Positions 61,858 to 64,000 of a stretch of DNA of 64,000 nucleotides are shown here, piece after piece. Below the pieces are notes generated by a model. The model was not told where the DNA came from, made no database searches, and saw only the letters and a list, made by a program, of their open reading frames with translations. The DNA is taken from the NCBI GenBank assembly GCA_051362555.1, contig CM120641.1:19406001-19470000 (forward strand). The letters run 5' to 3'. A program made the translations under genes and the position numbers. How positions within the stretch are numbered: the stretch's first letter is position 1; each line of letters starts with the position of its first letter. The DNA is from Lingula anatina (Eukaryota > Animalia > Brachiopoda).

Positions 61858-64000
61858 ATATAACTCTTTGATTATTTTCAATATCTTTTCTGAATTTATT
61901 TGTGTGGTTACTTTGAGCAATGTTTCTGTTATTAAGATAGATAAGTTTGGCAATTCATTTACACATTAATAATGCTTTTTACATGGAAGTAAAATATGCC
62001 ATCCATGTATTGTGACGACTGGGACAATTAATTGCAAGGGTGAACATTTTCCGTAATCTCATAGGTCAAAGAGCTTGAAAGTTTGATAAAAAAAAGATGA
62101 AAACTTAGTTATTTAATTTTCACACTAATTTATTAAAATAGCAGATATATATACTGATTGAAGTTAGTGCATAACTTAAATTTGTTTAACATTAAAAAGA
62201 GTTATTTGGGGAAACTACTGCAAAAGTGCCCAAATATGCCCCATCAGTATATTCACTTTCTCTAGTAATTCAAGTAAACAATGTGGCCATATTTTGTGGG
62301 AAAAATATTGAAGCAGGAATTGCCCACTAGCATAGGGGGATGTGGATGGAAATTTTGAACCACAATACCGTCAGAAAATATCACCAATAAAAAGCTAATA
62401 ATAGTTAACTGCCCTGGCTTTAAGGTGCTTTTGGAAACTGCTTTCCATGGCTTTTTCTACTAACAAAACGACAGACATGCTGTTAGTAAGGAGGTGATTT
62501 TGTAATTTGTAATTGTATCTTCTGAACTCAGTAGCTAAAACTGTATATATAAATACATATATATATATAACATGCTACATATGTATCAGCATGCATGATT
62601 TATCATTTTGATGATCATTTCAATATTTAGGAAAAGGACATATTCAACTTAAAAGTGTGTACACAAATGCAACTCCCAAAGCTTTTGTATCATCATGCAA
62701 GCACATGATGGATGGGCCAGAAATTTGTGCAGTGCCTGGCAGGGTTTTGATGGATGAGAAGGTATGTGTACGTGTACCCCCACCCCTACTCCCGCCCTGC
62801 CAAAAATGATAATAATAATAAAGCATGTACCATAGATTGTATAGTCCTGTGACCAGTCCTTAACTTCAGAAAATAAAGACCTAACAACAAAGTTTTTAGA
62901 GAGAAGGCAACTTGTGTACAATGAGCTTTCAAAATATATTCTCAAAATCAACATTCACCCCCCCCCTTTTTTTTTTTTTACTAAATGATATTGTTAACCT
63001 CATAATTATCCCCTTTTCAACCATTTTTACCTGATTATCAATCTACAGGTACCTATTTTAACCGAAACTTTATTTGTCTAATCATGATATTATTTGTGCA
63101 GTGTAGGTTGAACTTCAAATCAAAGGTCTAAAATCTGGAGCTGCTGTTACAGTGAAGTCATTCCTGGAGGAGAAGGGGATGAAGTTTGGAGCTTATGCAC
63201 ATTTTATTGCCAACAGTAATGGAGAAGTGAACACTGCCACATCGCCATCTCTTGGTGGATCATATAAAGGTATAATAGCTGTCTATGATTAATGCAAGTA
63301 CCTTGAAGATGCATTGTCTTATTATTGTCATATAATTCAGTGAATTGCTCCATATAAGGCCATTTATACTAAAGGACTTACGGAACTTTGCACCAACTAT
63401 ATGTATGTTGTGCAGCACGTGTAAATCAAACTAAATTAATACATTTACATGTACATATAATGTTCCATTTGCCTCAATCCAGGGACAGATGCAATGGGAT
63501 TATATTGGAGTATGGTACCAGAGCCTGGTCAACGAAATGGACTGAGATTGATGAAGAAGGATGTTACAATACCCTATAATGTACATATATCATTGCTCAG
63601 TGGGCACATTGACCCATACTCTCCCAACAACAGCAAAGTCCAGGTCCCAGTAGCTGAGACTAATATTGAAAGACTTTATATGGCTGATAATGTGGAAAGA
63701 ATACCAGTTAGAGAAGGAGCTTTACGAGGAGCACTCTTTGTACCAAAAGGTTTGAATTATCCTTTTTTTGTCACAAAAATTGAGTTATTTCTATTCAGTC
63801 TTATTGAACTGTTAACACTTTTTTTTGTCATTTTTAACACAGACACATTTGCTGCACATATTGTGTCCACCTCCTGAGTCTGTCCACATTGCAGGAGCTG
63901 TTGCTCATTTTGTTATTTTTTTATTTGTCCTGCTAGGCCCTGGTGCTTTCCCAGGTGTGATGGACCTGTTTGGATCAGCAGGTGGCTTGATAGAACACAG
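60976..64000 (+). CDS. Type-I acyl-CoA thioesterase / BAAT-family, copy 3 (3' part outside window)
   Basis: Exons ~60976-61003, 62631-62761, 63107-63269, 63483-63749, 63937-64000+; MLRKISSVFGKGHIQLK...[23 protein letters not shown]...[21 protein letters not shown]. Confidence 0.92.
61012..61188. mobile_element. MITE inserted just after the copy-3 exon-1 donor
   Basis: GGTGTGGCAGGAATGGT ... ACCATTCCTCTCACATC; absent from the homologous copy-2 intron. Confidence 0.6.
61820..61856. repeat. (CA)n microsatellite
   Basis: Pure CA run. Confidence 0.9.

Overview
AT-rich, intron-rich eukaryotic (animal, probably lophotrochozoan/mollusc-like; taxon is inference from the repeat families) genomic DNA. 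It is not prokaryotic, and most ORF-track entries are exon fragments or noise. Gene order: the 5' end of an unidentified minus-strand gene (MVSTRS...) head-to-head with ARID4A/B (+, about 22 exons, 1305-12836); MOCS3/UBA4 (-, 13 exons, 21743-14776), tail-to-tail with ARID4 and head-to-head with EXOC5/Sec10 (+, 22136-29713); then a tandem cluster of three type-I acyl-CoA thioesterase/BAAT-family genes (+; 31656-36225, 43965-58808, 60976-beyond window). The ACOT cluster is full of non-autonomous elements: a CMC/EnSpm-like element with nested Gypsy and Helentron-like (HINE) elements, satellite-bearing HINEs, and many MITEs. Highlights: (1) three U12-type minor-spliceosome introns in MOCS3, one with rare GC-AG ends and a 250-bp perfect hairpin MITE inside, plus a fourth candidate in the neighbouring EXOC5; (2) transposon-borne 146-bp tandem arrays that each carry a DR1/PPRE-like nuclear-receptor site (AAGT AGGTCA A AGGTCA), upstream of and inside a fatty-acyl-CoA thioesterase gene; (3) ACOT paralogues that are mosaics of each other, share a mitochondrial-like N-terminus and a peroxisomal SRL C-terminus, and have one hyper-divergent exon. 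Exon coordinates were read by eye and may be off by a few bases.
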